A stretch of 64,000 nucleotides of DNA from Nageia nagi. Its lineage: Eukaryota > Plantae > Pinophyta. The notes under the pieces were generated by a model, which saw nothing but the letters and a program-made list of their open reading frames with translations, made no database searches and was not told where the DNA came from. Position numbers and translations under genes: made by a program. Of the stretch, positions 38,638 through 52,200 are shown one piece after another. The stretch lies in the NCBI GenBank assembly GCA_050084985.1, contig JBITNC010000002.1, positions 24,304,001 through 24,368,000 of the forward strand, given 5' to 3'. Position 1 is the first letter of the stretch, and each line of letters begins with the position of its first letter.

Positions 38638-39329
38638 CTTATGGGCATGTCATTAATATCAAACATAGAAACGAACTTATGTCCTTTTTGAAATTAGTAA
38701 TTTATCTTAAGAATTTAGTAATATGGATAATAACTTAGTTACATGTGTGCATTTATTCTTAAAATAAATATTATTATCCTTGAAAATCATTATCATTATT
38801 TTTAAAATGTTCATGCATACCTAATACTTGCTTGACTTGGAGTTTTTAGATCCAAAACTTGCATTAGCACATGTCTTAGAAATAACTTAAAATTATATGA
38901 GATAATTAGAAATAATGATCAAAACATGTTCTTGCACATGATATGATGATTTCCTACAAATTTAACCTTCATGTTTAATCTTATCATTATTTTGACCATC
39001 TTGGTTGATGCTTATGCATTTCTTGCAAAACTAATCATTTTCATAAAAATGTGAAATGCAAACTTACAAGTATAAATTTTGTTACAAAAAATTAATTACC
39101 ATGATTTTAGACTTTAAATAATGATTTAGAGTAATAAATATAGTAAATATAAATCTACAATATAATGTGCAAATCACTTATCAAGGCTACCTAAATCACG
39201 AGGGGGGGTGAGGTAACTTAATAGAAAGGATTCAAAACACATGCATGCACATGCTTCTTAAAAAAAACCTATTTTTTAATTTTACTTCCTCCTCTTTTAA
39301 TTTATTGAACCCCTCATGACAGCATCACA

Positions 39330-41129
39330 AAGCATAAAGCTCACTTGATAGCGAAATGTTATATTCAAAATAAATGTTTAGATTATGAAGAAATATTTGC
39401 TTCAGTCATTAGATTAGACATAGTAAAATATCTACTAAATTTAACTTCCTAGTTTGGTCTTATAGTTTACCAAATGGATGTTAAATCAGCCTTCTTGAAT
39501 GGAGACCTAGAAGAACAAGTGTATGTGAATCAACCATAAAGATTCACAATTGCAAACCATGAAAATAAAGTGTAAAGGTTAAATAAATCTCTTTATGGGC
39601 TCAAAAAAGAACCTTGTGCATGACACTCTAGAATTTACACTTATTTTTTCTAGAATGGCTATCAGATATGTTTAATAGAAACCACACTATATACAAAGGT
39701 AACTAGACCTAATTTCATAATGATTTATGTGTATATTAATGGTATTATCTTCATGATAAATTCCACTTCCATGCTACAATAATTTAAAATCACCATGGTG
39801 AATGAGTTTGAGATGAGTGACCTTGGTGAAATGTAATACTTTCTAGGTAAGGAAGTTCATCAATCATCCAATGGTATGTTTATCACTCAAAAAATTTATG
39901 TTGATGAGATGCTTGCCAGATTCTCTATGAAGGGTTGCAAACTAGTTAATTCACCAATAGTATTTATTTGTATATTGATGGAAAAATATTATTCTTCTCT
40001 TGTTGATGCAACCTTGTATATATAACTTATTGGTATCTTGATTTATCTCATAGCTACAAGGTTTGATATTATGTTTGTAGTTAGTTTAGTAGCTAGAATA
40101 TCCATGCATTAACCATATGAATCCCATTTTAAAGTGACAAAGAAAATTATTTTCTATGTGAGTGATACAAAAACCTTTGGCCTATGTAAAAAGATATTGA
40201 TTCTAATGATTTAGTAGCATAAACAAATGTATATTAATAAATAATCCTCACTAACCAAAATATCACATTTGGGTATACCTTTTTCTTTAGCAAATGACTA
40301 ATTTAATGGAACAATAAGAAGCAACAGATAATTGCTCTATCCATTGTAGAAGCAGAGTATATGGATGCCTCCTCTTCTTGCACTCAAGCCATTTGTATAG
40401 TGAGATTATTTAAAGACTTGAGCATAAATATTCATCAATTTATCAAAAATTAGTGTGATAACACCAACACCATGATGAAGAATCTAGTGTTTCACAACAT
40501 GAGAAAGCATATAGATATTCACCATCATTTCATGAGATATTTAGTGCAAGATGGATTAATTGAGTTCAAATTGTGTAATTATGAGGATTAACTTGTAGAA
40601 ATATTCACTAAACCATTGCTAAAAGATTGATTCTTTCATCTTAAATATAGAATTGGCATACAAACCATTGATATTAAGGGTAAGAATGAAAGATTATAAT
40701 GCTTAATGGTTCTTGATTTTAAATTTTATGATATCATTAGTTGTTTGCACATTGGACTATGAACTCCTCCAATGATAACTTGCAATTGTTTTTCAACTAC
40801 CTATCGTACCCACCATTAATATGTTGTAGGATTTTAAAAGATATTTTAATACGTACTCAATCCTTATACATATAATTTGTAGGCTTTACAAGGATTTCCA
40901 AGGTGGATTTTATCCTTCAATTAGATTTTAGTTTTGAGTATAAAATATTGAAACTCTTTACTTGAGAAATGTATAGGGATTAATTTCCATTGTTTTGTAT
41001 TCATGTATTGATTTTTCACTTAATAGCAAGAGAAAAATACTTTGCAATTTTTGCTTGCATTTCTATTTGTGTTTCTCAATTCTAGGTGTTGTTGAGATCA
41101 AGAAATCATATATTCAATGTTGTACATCA
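39330..41129 (+). mobile_element. Degenerate Ty1/copia RT-RNase H with PPT and probable 3' LTR (40687-~41129)
   Basis: Contains VYQMDVKSAFLNGDLEEQVYVNQP, EFEMSDLGE, ALSIVEAEY and KHIDIHHHF. A purine tract at ~40676-40686 is followed by TG. Confidence 0.88.
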
Positions 41130-42181
41130 GGTATATAGATAATATAAATATATTTAATGGTATTTTATCCTAGTGAGTATTTCTTTTTTTCATTTCATGT
41201 TTTGGATTTAGAGATAATCATTGCTATTTTTCTCTCTAAGGCTATAAATTTCATTATGGACATCCATTTTAGGTGGTTCTTTTTATGTTAGATATTTATT
41301 TGAAATAAATTTTCAATCATATAGTATTTTTCATACTTTGTATAGAAATATCCACCACCATCAATGATTTCCCTTGGTGTACTTACCTAATCTTTCTTAG
41401 TAGTAGTTCATGAATATATTCACTTCCACAAGATATTCACCCTACTTATATTGATCCATTATTTATGGGTATTATAGTGCTATAAAATATAATTTTTATT
41501 TCTATCCCTATATAATATTATACCCTTTAAATACAAGTATTCACTTTGCTAACATGTTCTTTTGGTAGTATTAGTAGATTCCTATTACGGTGACCTAGTG
41601 AATACCTTTCATGTTGATAAGAATCGCCAAAGTTTGACAACTCCTTTTTAATTGATTATTTATCCATTGGTGATTAGTATTATATACCTTTATAATGGTA
41701 TATAGCATAATATACTTTATCATAGGTTATCATTAGAGAAATAACCACTCTTTGGTAACCAAATTCGTGATAGGACTATCTTACCGATCACATCACAGCC
41801 TTGTGACCTTAACTTCAGAGGTAAATTTTTATATTAATTATTATTATATTAATGCATGTGTATACTCATTATAAATAGTGTGTTATATTTTGATCAAGTT
41901 AAATTTTGTGCATTTTACAAGTTCTTTAGTATAATTTCTTAAAGATTGAACATTATGAACAACCCAAAGGTGATGACCCTCTCCAAACAAGAAGGGAGGA
42001 TGATTAAGGTTACACCACCATGCTTGTGATAGATTTTATCTTATGATAAAATTATGTATGGATGTGCTTTTGATATCTAGACCTACAAGCATCAAATAAA
42101 TGTTAGAGGGAGTCTCAACACTCTAGTCCCTTCAGACCCTAGAGTGTGCTCAAAGACAGGTGTTAAATCTCCTTGATAGAA

Positions 42182-43540
42182 TGTAGACACCCTATCCCAC
42201 AATAAAATGGGAATTTAAAAAAAATAAAATACCTATAATGCAAATTGATATGCTCATGCTATGCTAAGATAATAACAAAATGATAAAACAAAGTTAAACT
42301 ACCATGAATCTAGCCTACAATAATATTACATGGTCACAAAAATGCTTACAAATTATATACATAAAGAATATAAGTGATTAAATGAATCCAAGATAGCTCC
42401 CAATTCTCTCCAACACCTATAAGGATGATCAAAACATGTTATGGGGAGTGCTAGAGGTGGTTGTGGCTTGGGATCTTACTCAAGGGTTTGTCTGTGCATG
42501 GATGGAAGGTTGATAATGATCATAGAGCATATCAAAATTAGCAAGAGAGAGAAAATAGATTTTGAATTTGACTTTATAGATCTAACATCATACTGGTAGG
42601 CTAGTTGGCTGATTAGTAGGCTAACTAGTCAACCATCCAAGGAAATCAATATATCAATTTAAGTCTTAACATATAAGGTCAAAAATGGCTATGATGGAGT
42701 GATTGGTTGAAAGCATCAAGATGAAAAATGATCAAGGGTAAGATTTGATTTTTAGGTGCTTATGGATACCCCCTTCTAAGATGAGTTTTGCAAGATGCAG
42801 AACTCAATAAAGCTAAAGAGAAAAAGATGATGATGAATGATTGATGATGGAATGATAATGATCAACGAGATATTGATAATGATTATTAATGATCAATTAT
42901 TAATTATGTTTTATTTGCATGAAAGGCATGTGTAGGTATGCAACCTACCACATGCTAAGGGGAAAATTCTAAATGATCTCAAATAATATGGTCAATGCAA
43001 AGGTGACCAACTAATGGCTATGCTAAATGCTTAAGACTCGAGGTGAGTCATGCTTAATGAGATGATCATGCCAACAAAAGTAAACTTTACCCCATGCTAA
43101 ATGGAAGATAAAGCAAAAATAATGATAGTAGTTACCTTATTGCAAGCGATTGTGAATTATAATTACCTTGCCCTATATTGAATAGAAAGTAAGATACACT
43201 AAGGATAATTTTACATCATGTATTGAATAAAAAGAAAAGAAAAAACCAGGGTGATAATGCTTGATCCAAATTTTCCCCATGCTAAATGGAAAGCAAAGGA
43301 AAAAGAGTGATAATTCTTTCCCCATGCTCAATAGATTGAAAGAAATATAGTGATAATATTTTCCCCATGCTCAATGGAAAGCAAGGTAAACAATGATAAA
43401 TATTTCCCCATGCTCAATGGAAAGTAAGAGTAATAATGCTTAAGGATAACTTTGCCCCATGTTGAATGGAAAGAAAACAAGATCTCCTCAAACTATGTAT
43501 TTGCCTCATGTTAAATGGAAAGAAAATATAGAAATGATCA
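42182..43540. mobile_element. LTR-like remnant with degenerate ~50-80 bp repeats
   Basis: Starts TGTAGACAC like the solo LTR at 7590. The motif TT(T/C)CCCCATGCT(A/C)AATGGAAAG recurs about 8 times over 43085-43520. Confidence 0.45.
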
Positions 43541-43599
43541 AAGTATTAGAAATTTATATTTGATGAACTAAGTAAGCCATAAGCTTCTAGGGATTATAG

Positions 43600-45900
43600 T
43601 TCAATTCTAGTGAAGGTCATAAGTTTATGATTATAATTATGGAATACTTCACTAAATGAGTGGAGGTTATTAACTTGAAGTATTCAAAAGGTATTGATAT
43701 TATTAAGTTCAATATTGAGAATATTATAACTAGGTTTCAATATATGATCTCATCTCAAATTTTCATGGATAAGGAGCCAAACTTAGCATGTAATGAACTA
43801 AAATAATTTTTTTTTAAGTTCTATATTAATCATAAATTCTTTACACCATACTATCATCAAGGTAATAGACAAGTTGAATCTATAAATAAGATAATTTTAA
43901 GAATGTTATGTAATACTATTGAAAGCATAAAAAGGATTGGTACACCCAACTCCCTTATGCTATTTGGGCATATAGAATAAGTATGATAACTACTACAAGT
44001 GCTACTCCTTTCTCTCTTATGTATGGTGATAAATCAATTTTGCCATTAGAATTGGATATTCCTTCTCTATGAGTAATTGAAAGGCTTTCTTTCATATGGA
44101 GATTCCAAAAATGCTAAATCAAGATTGTTAGATAATTTAGATGAGATAAAAGTAAATGTATTATAACATTTAAGGGTTTATCAAAATAAGTTAAACATAG
44201 CTTACAACAAGAAGGTAAAACCAAAGGAGTTTCAAGTAGGTGGTTTGGTACTTAAAGAAAATTAATCCAAGATTTAAAAAAAAAAGTTGAAAATGAAATA
44301 AAAGATAAATTTGAGCCATATTGAATAGTTACTTATGTTTTCATTGGAAAATTTAGAGTAGGGGCATACAAGTTGGTAACAAGTGATGGGAAAGAAGAGA
44401 AAAAAATGATCAATACGATGCATTTAAATAATTTTTATTTTTAGTAGTCAATTTCATATTGTTTCATGTTTGTTTTTAGAATTTCAAGATCAATTTCAAT
44501 TAAAGAATGTCTTGTTGCTCCTTTTCATAAAAATATCAAGCAAAAAGTAGTTTAGGTTTTATGCATTAGTGGACCACATTTGGATAAATTTTCAAGTCAT
44601 TCAAATTTTTGTATGTTCTATATATTTGATGTGTCATTGTTACATGTGAGTCTAAAATTTTAAGCTCATCATTTAATAGTAGAAAAAAAAATTATAAAAA
44701 GTTGCTCAAAATATTGTTTTCAAAGTTGCAAGAGTTTTGAAATTATCCAAATAAAAAGTTTAACATAAAAAATGGATCATTCAAAGATATAAGTTATATT
44801 AAAAAAAATGATATTGAAATTCTAATGGAATTACACACCACATCTAAAGAAAATTTTAGATAATAATTCCATATTAGATTCACTATTTTTCTAAAATGCA
44901 AATTCCATATTCATCTTTCATACTTTCAAGTTCAAACTATTCCACTTTGCCAAGATCGAAAAAAGTAGTACATGTATGTTTTCTTATCTTCCTATATGAA
45001 ATTTATTCAAAGTTGAAATCAAATTCAATTTTAAGCTTTTAAGATTACTTTTAGATATATCTTTCAACATTTGAGAGTTTTCATTAAGAATCCAACTTGT
45101 GGTACTTAGGTGAAGAGTACCTATCATGGCAATCCCATGATTTTTAACCTTTGAGGGTCTTCACTAAAAAGAAAACATTATGGTAATTAGGTGAAGAGTA
45201 CCTATCAAGGTAACCCCATAATGATTTTAGCCTTTAAGGGTCTTTATTAAGAAGCTAACCCATCCAATACTTGAGGTAATAAGTACCTAGTTCTAATATT
45301 TTCTTTTAGGTTAAGGTTTCTTAAAGGAAATGCATTGAAAATAAATAAGGTTCAAGTATCTTCTTCAACCAATACAAGGAAGGTGAATCTAAGATGATAT
45401 GGAGGATTTTCTTATCAATCTTCTAGAGTAGATTCTTTCCTTGTCAATCCCACATAGTAGAAGTATCTTTCATGTGTTTGGTTCATTTAAAACATTATTT
45501 ACATTCCATTTCTTATCTTTTAGATCATTAAAAGATACACCTTGGACAAATTCATCAATAAACCTTCTTGGATGGATGGCTATACTCAAAAAACATTTCA
45601 TTTTGGATCTTTTAAGATATCAAAAGATCTACCATGGGAATAATCATCCATAACCTTTTTAGGTATATGGCTCCACTACCAATATTGATGATATATTATA
45701 CTAGTTTTATATTTGAACTAAAAATGATGGTCATATGAGATATATATGTGTGTGATAATCGAGGTAAAAAAGCAGGCATGGAGTTTCGATAAGATGAAAA
45801 ACCTAGAGCTATCACCATGATGATCATTCAATTGATGCTTTGTTTTCCTTTGGATTATCTAATTATGATTTCCTCTAACACATATGCAAAGGGGGTATAT
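43600..45900 (+). mobile_element. Degenerate Ty3/gypsy (Tat-like) integrase, 3' UTR and PPT
   Basis: Contains TPYYHQGNRQVES, WYTQLPYAIWAYR and TSATPFSLMYG. PPT AAAGGGGG lies at ~45888, and an ~80-bp duplication at 45106/45187. Confidence 0.8.
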
Positions 45901-48009
45901 TTATATACCTAATTTTGATTGTTAATTTCATAAAATCATACTCTAGGGGTCTAAAATGAATAATATAAATGTTATTTATTATTATTATTATTATAAAATA
46001 TTTCAATATTTATCATTGGGCCCAAGCTAATGTTATCGTACACACCTCCTACTTTTATGGATATATGGTGTAATATATGTTCTACAAGAAATAAACTTGT
46101 TATGAAAGAAGGAAGGTGTGCTAATCAAAGGTTATCATAGCTTGATATTGTTAATTTAATGCAAACTATGATTATTACCATAACTTATCAAATTTGAATT
46201 TTACACCCTATCATATTTTCTGCCATTTTATTTTCACTTTCAAAGTTAGCTTGGGCTTCCTTGCAAGCTTTTTGATTGAACAAACTTTGTTTAAAGCCAT
46301 AATTATTCAAGTAGTGCACTAGTGCATTGCCTTCCAATCTTTGCACCATATATCAATACATCAATTTTGGAGGAATGTTAGCCCCAAAACTTCAATATGA
46401 CTTCCTTAACACCTCTAAGGTCTTTTCTTAACTCTAAATCTTCATTTCTAGATAAGCCAATCAATTGATATACTTATTTTAAATTCATATTTGTTATTCT
46501 TCAATATTTTGTCCAATAGTTAGGTTGCATCATCATTCTTTGCTAATTTTTTTTGTAAGAGTAGAATTAATGGATTTTTTTTATATAAGAACCCATCCTG
46601 TAAAAAATATATTTGAAATATTTTCATCCCTTTTTATTTATTTTATATAGTTAAGGATGTTTGAGAAGTTCAAGGCAATCCATAACCTAGATTCTAGTTA
46701 CATACAAATATCTATCTAACATAATCTAAGCCTAAAACTTTTGAATAAATCTACTATGAAGATCATAGTGTCTAAAACTCCTAATTGGATTTATTATGAA
46801 TACTGTAGTGTACAATCAACATAATCTATCGAAGAGTGTGTGCCTCTCATGCTCATAAGAGATCCTTGACCTGCCCGTATACAACTCTGTTGAGTGTCCC
46901 ACCATCCTCCCAATTCATTGTATGAATGAAATCTATGTGCAACTAGGTACAACCTTATATACCCTAAGTATCTATCATTTTACCTAGTCATAGCCCACCA
47001 TTGTAGTGGACAAGGTAGGTTCCAAGGGTTTATCATTTCCTCATGTGAAGGAATGCACCTAATTTTGTTGAATGCCAAAAGGAGATAAATGCGAATAACA
47101 AACGACCAACAATCATCATCGAAAAATGAGCTAGCCCATCGAGTGATCACCATCAACTTGAATTTCATCGAGCAATGCTAGGAAATCATAAGGTGAAGCC
47201 TTGAAATTGCCAATTAGATTCCAAGATCCATCCTCCAAAGCTTGAAAGGGTAGATTAGAATGTTGCGGGATGAGTTCCACCAATCATAGCATTCACTCAA
47301 AAGCCATCTCCATTTGATCAAACCCCTACTACAACCTTGTTTGTTGAGAGAGTCTCCAAATTTGACATGGGTTGGCAAAAGCCTTGCCCAAGAGCCCTAG
47401 CTTAATGAGTTGATGCAATCCCAAGAAGAGCTAAACAAGGTGAGATGGATTCAAACAAAGCAAATCCCTTTCCTCCTAATCCTCTTCTTTATTTGGCTCA
47501 TCATCCTCCTCACTAAAGCCTTCTACTCCCACTTCATGATCTTGCAATCTTCATGTTACATCGCTCTCCATGCTCTCAATTACCCTTCATTCTTTGTAAT
47601 TTTATTGTATATCAATTATACTAATTAAATAGTATTGTAATATTTTATATTCATATTTAGCATCAATTACATTAATTAAATATTATTGCAATATTTAAGT
47701 GACATCATTATATTCTTGATTTGATTAAAATAAATCAATTTTTAGTATTTATATATAGAAATAAAAAAATGTATTCTTATCTGTAGAAAGATGTAAACTT
47801 TTATTTGAAAAAATATTATCAAAACATATTAACTCTTAAAATATTAGAATCAATTTATGGAAATTGAACCCTTTATATTATATGAACAATCATGCAAAAC
47901 TTAGGTATTTGAACTTTTAAAATGAGCTAATACTCAATTTTAAGAGTTCGCATCTTTAAGTAGACTTGTGAAAAGAAACAACTTGACATACCATATTATA
48001 AATTTTGTA

Positions 48010-48592
48010 TTAATAGAAAATGTGTTAATCAAATGGAGGTGAGAGTTATAAAAGGAACTCCATCAATTAGAACCTTTAGATGACAATAAGAAATAAAGGA
48101 ACATTATTGACTCCTTCAATAAAAAATTTATTAATCAAGTGAAGGTGAGAGTTATAAGAGTAATTCCATAGATTAGAACCCTTAAATGACAATAAAAAAT
48201 GAAGGAAGATTCTTAACTTCTTTAATAGAAAATATGTTAATCGAAGAAAGATGAGAGTTATAAAAACAATTCTATAAATTAAAATTCTTAGATGATAATT
48301 AAAAATTATAGATTTTGAGATGTGTGTTGATGGTAGTTGTTTCTCTTTATAGATGTTATTTTTTTTATTTATCGAAATTTTTTGTAAAGATGAATATTTT
48401 ATATAGTCGATAGTATGTTATATAAAGTGTGCAAATTCCATCCACCTTTTTATATAAAGAAAGTTTCTTAGTATAATAAAAAAACTTTTTCATTCAAAAT
48501 AATATATATTAATCAAATGGAAGTGAAAATTATATAAATAATTCCAAACTGAACCCTTGAATGACAATAAGAAATGGAGGGACATTATGACT
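48010..48592. repeat. ~106-bp degenerate repeat, 3 tandem copies plus 1 detached copy, upstream of the helicase gene
   Basis: TTAATCAA(A/G)TG(G/A)AGGTGAGAGTTATAA...GAACC...ATGACAATAA starts at ~48025, 48131, 48237 and 48509. Confidence 0.85.
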
Positions 48593-49290
48593 TTTAAAAA
48601 AAAAAAAAAAATACCATACAAGTATTCTTCTTGTGCTGAGGGAGGACCGAGCCAGGCCATGATAACCACCGTTTTCTACTTAATCCAATTCAACCTTTAA
48701 AAATAAAGTTGGCATGTAGCTTTTTTGGATTCTAGCGCAGAATATAGTACGTATACATGAGATTGGTACGTTCGATTTTAAGCTCATTTCACCTGCAAGC
48801 AATCCAAACCAAACAAACGACTGCTTCAATTTCCCATGAAAGATAAGATCGATCTCAATCTTTTGAACTGCTGGTGTTTTTTTAAAACAACGGCTGTGAT
48901 CTTCAAATATTGGTATACCCACTTTAGAATTGAGGTACGAATTTACAAGAATGGATGTTGGCATATCAAGGTTTTTGTTGAAAATCTAAGGAATGTCAAT
49001 AGGTTTATGTTGCAAATTTAAGTAGGAGTTTCAGTTGGTTTTTAAGTAGAATAAGTATTGGGTGAAGAGATCTTAAGACAATTTGAGGTTTATTTTTCCT
49101 CATTTTGGAATTGGCAGTTGCTGATGGTGCTCAATGGTGCATGGACAATGCAAGTAAGTTATACTGTGCTTTACCGTTTGATTGTATGTTTTTTGTTGTG
49201 TGTGATAGAGCGTATTAGTAGATTAGATTTTTATGGGTATGATTTTTGGTTCAGGGTATATAGTATCCGTGCTTGTTAGACCCTCTGCTT

Positions 49291-52200
49291 ATGAGCTTCT
49301 TTAACGGACTCATCGAGATAGTTCTATTCGTGTTCTCAATTGTCTATATATTGGGTTTCATATTGAAGGTTTTGGAGAAATTAAGGGAGGGTAGGACAAG
49401 TTTTAATGATGAAATGGGATCTAGGCAGGAAAGCAATTGGCCGCTAGAAAATCATATTACTAGGAGGAAAATTTGCAGTGTGAATGATATTGGGGAGAGT
49501 AGTCAAAAATTCAAAGGTGAAGTCGGCACATCAATTCCTGGGTCATTGCAGGATCCTGATGAGGTAATTGTATGGCAGGGGAAAAGTGATTTGTTTGGAG
49601 GGTTAAATTCTGAAGCTTTGGATAAGTTTGTCGAAATGTCAAACCCAAATGTGAAAATTCATGATTCTCTGCCTCTGGGTTGTGTTCCCTTAAGTCAATT
49701 GGAGAGTCTAAGAGAATCAAAAACTGGGATAGAGAGCGAAGGAACTTCAAAACAAAAAAAATCCACAGTTTCTAGCGCGGTCCAAGGAAGTAAAGATCAG
49801 ACTATGGATAAAAGTGAACAAAAAGAGGGACTTAGGTCGCTGGGCAAGGAGATGAAACAAACAGGAATTTCAGGAATTCAAGTTGGGGGTAAAGATGAAA
49901 ATCAACCTAGGCAAAGTGAGAATTGTGAAGTATACAAGGGAGAAAAACGTAAAAGTGTTAATATTTTTGAAACTGTTGGGATGAATGAGAAAGACGATGG
50001 TAGAGAACAACCTCATGGTAGTGCTGGAGTAAGGAGTAGGAAGTCTAAACAACATGAGTGCATGAAGGAAAGCCAAGCTTCCAAGCAGGGAAACAAAAAG
50101 CTTCCATGCCAGCTGATTTCAAATTTAGAGGACATGTCACTTGCCTCTGATTGTAGGCGCAAGGACTTGGAAGAATCAAGATGTGGGAAAAAAATAGTAG
50201 AAGCTGCTAAAAAATCAGAAAACATGGTCAACCTACAGGTTGTAAACAAAAGCTCAACAGCAACTGAGAAGAAGGCTTCCCTAAAAGGGGAAGTGTATGG
50301 TGGACACACAGTCAAGAATGGTATTGTGGGTTACGCATGGGAATGGCATGTAAAGGTACCTTTGGGTGCTTCAAGAACTACTACAGATGGTACATATACT
50401 TGCCAGAAGTCAGATAAATGTGAAGAAAGCTGGAATGGTAATACAGGAAGTGAAAATGGGGTTCTTAATAGGAACAAAGGAATTAAATACAAAGCTCCAG
50501 ATAAAGAGAAACAAATACAAAGTGGGAAATCTGAAGCGTCTAATGGAAAGAACAGTCAAAATAACAAAAAAGGGGAAGCTGTTAGAAAAGATAAAACCAT
50601 TGTCACTGGACCAGCGCATAACATTGTTAACATAAGCAGCAAGAAACTTGAACAGAAAAATGACAAGAAGGAACTTGAGACTTCCAAGAGGGGAAACAAA
50701 AATGGTCACAAGGAACCTTTACTTAAAGGCTTTTCTACTTCAAAAGGCACTACTGGAAGACATGGTTTGCTTGAAACTGTGAATGGCATGGATAGGGAAA
50801 TGAGTTCCAAGCAGGAAGAAAATCAAGTTATAATGTTGGAAGAGAATGGAGAAGGGGGCATTTGTGTGTTCCATCCATTTCTTTTTAAGAACGGAAGACC
50901 ACGGTCAATTAAGAAGGGTGAAAAGCATATGGCTGCAATTTTAGTTGTCAACAATGGAGAAGATTCGGCAATACTGTTTGCTGTTAAACTCTTTAACTTA
51001 AGGCCGAGTAATTCTTTCAGTCTTTCTCATACAACAGGACCTGTCAAATCTAGACAATGCGAGAACTTATTTTGCTTGTCAACAATGGATTCTCTCAAAG
51101 TCAATACCAAATCAACTAAAACCTCGCAACATAATACAGGTTCCATTTATTTGATTAAAGGTCCATGGCTGATTGAACCAAGGCATTATCTTACAATTAA
51201 TCTGTCATGCAAGGCCAAAGATATTGGGCTTCTCAGAACATCCATTCTCTTTGACTTCCCGGATCAGAAAATTACTCAGCATGTCATCTTGCTTGCCGAG
51301 GATGATGTTTCTGAACAACTAGCTCCAGTGGAGCCATATTCCGTATTGAAGAAGAGGGAAAGACGCAATTTTGGAAGGATTCTTCGTGGTGTGCCTCCTC
51401 CTTTGCCTCGTTATCCGAAAAAACTCAAGGCATATGATATTCCTCATAAGCTGAAGGAGATGGCTGTCGAAATGCTACCTAGGGTTCTTGAAAAGGGTAT
51501 TTCCGTGAAAACATATTCAAAGTATTTCTCCACTCTCTTGTACCTGGAGGAGTTGCAATTAAAGGTAAATCAATTCAGTATGCTCAGACAATCATGTTAG
51601 GTTTCTTTTCAGCATTAGTTTTATCTGTTCAACATATTTTATTGAGCTCATGTATGTTTTATCTCGTGAAAGCAGAAAGATGTAAGTTCTTATGACATGT
51701 ATAATGCAACCATGAGGATAAGTGGTCAATACTTGGTCGTAAAGGTCCCTGGATTGTCAGAGAAGCGTCCTTCACTTGTTCATGGAGATGAGATATATGT
51801 GACAACTTGCCAAGCAAAAGGCACTTCTTATCAGGTTTCATTTGCCCATGTATATAAAACTTGTTGATATATATGCAATGATGTCTGTTGCATTTCTATG
51901 CGCTTGCTGTTTTCATGTATATTCCAACTTATTTCCTTGCTCTCTGAATTTTATGGAACAGGGATACATCCATAGGATAGAAGCAAATGAAATATATGTG
52001 AAATTTAATAATTCATTCCATAAGAATTTCAGTCCAATGCTTCAGTATAATGTGCACTTCTCCTTCAACAGAACCAGTTTCCGACGCTGTCACAAGGCAG
52101 TAGAATCAGCATGCAGAATGGATGAGAGTATTCTTTTTCCATCTCTTCCTTTAGCACGGACTGGTGTAAACGTTTCCAGGAATGATCCTTTTAATAGACA

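Noticed and set aside
46740-47600. Possible coding or TE remnant
   Set aside because: It is slightly GC-richer, but I could not recognise any motif and found no termini.
49511-50709. Overlapping short ORFs in helicase exon 1
   Set aside because: They are antisense or alternate-frame shadows of the main ORF.
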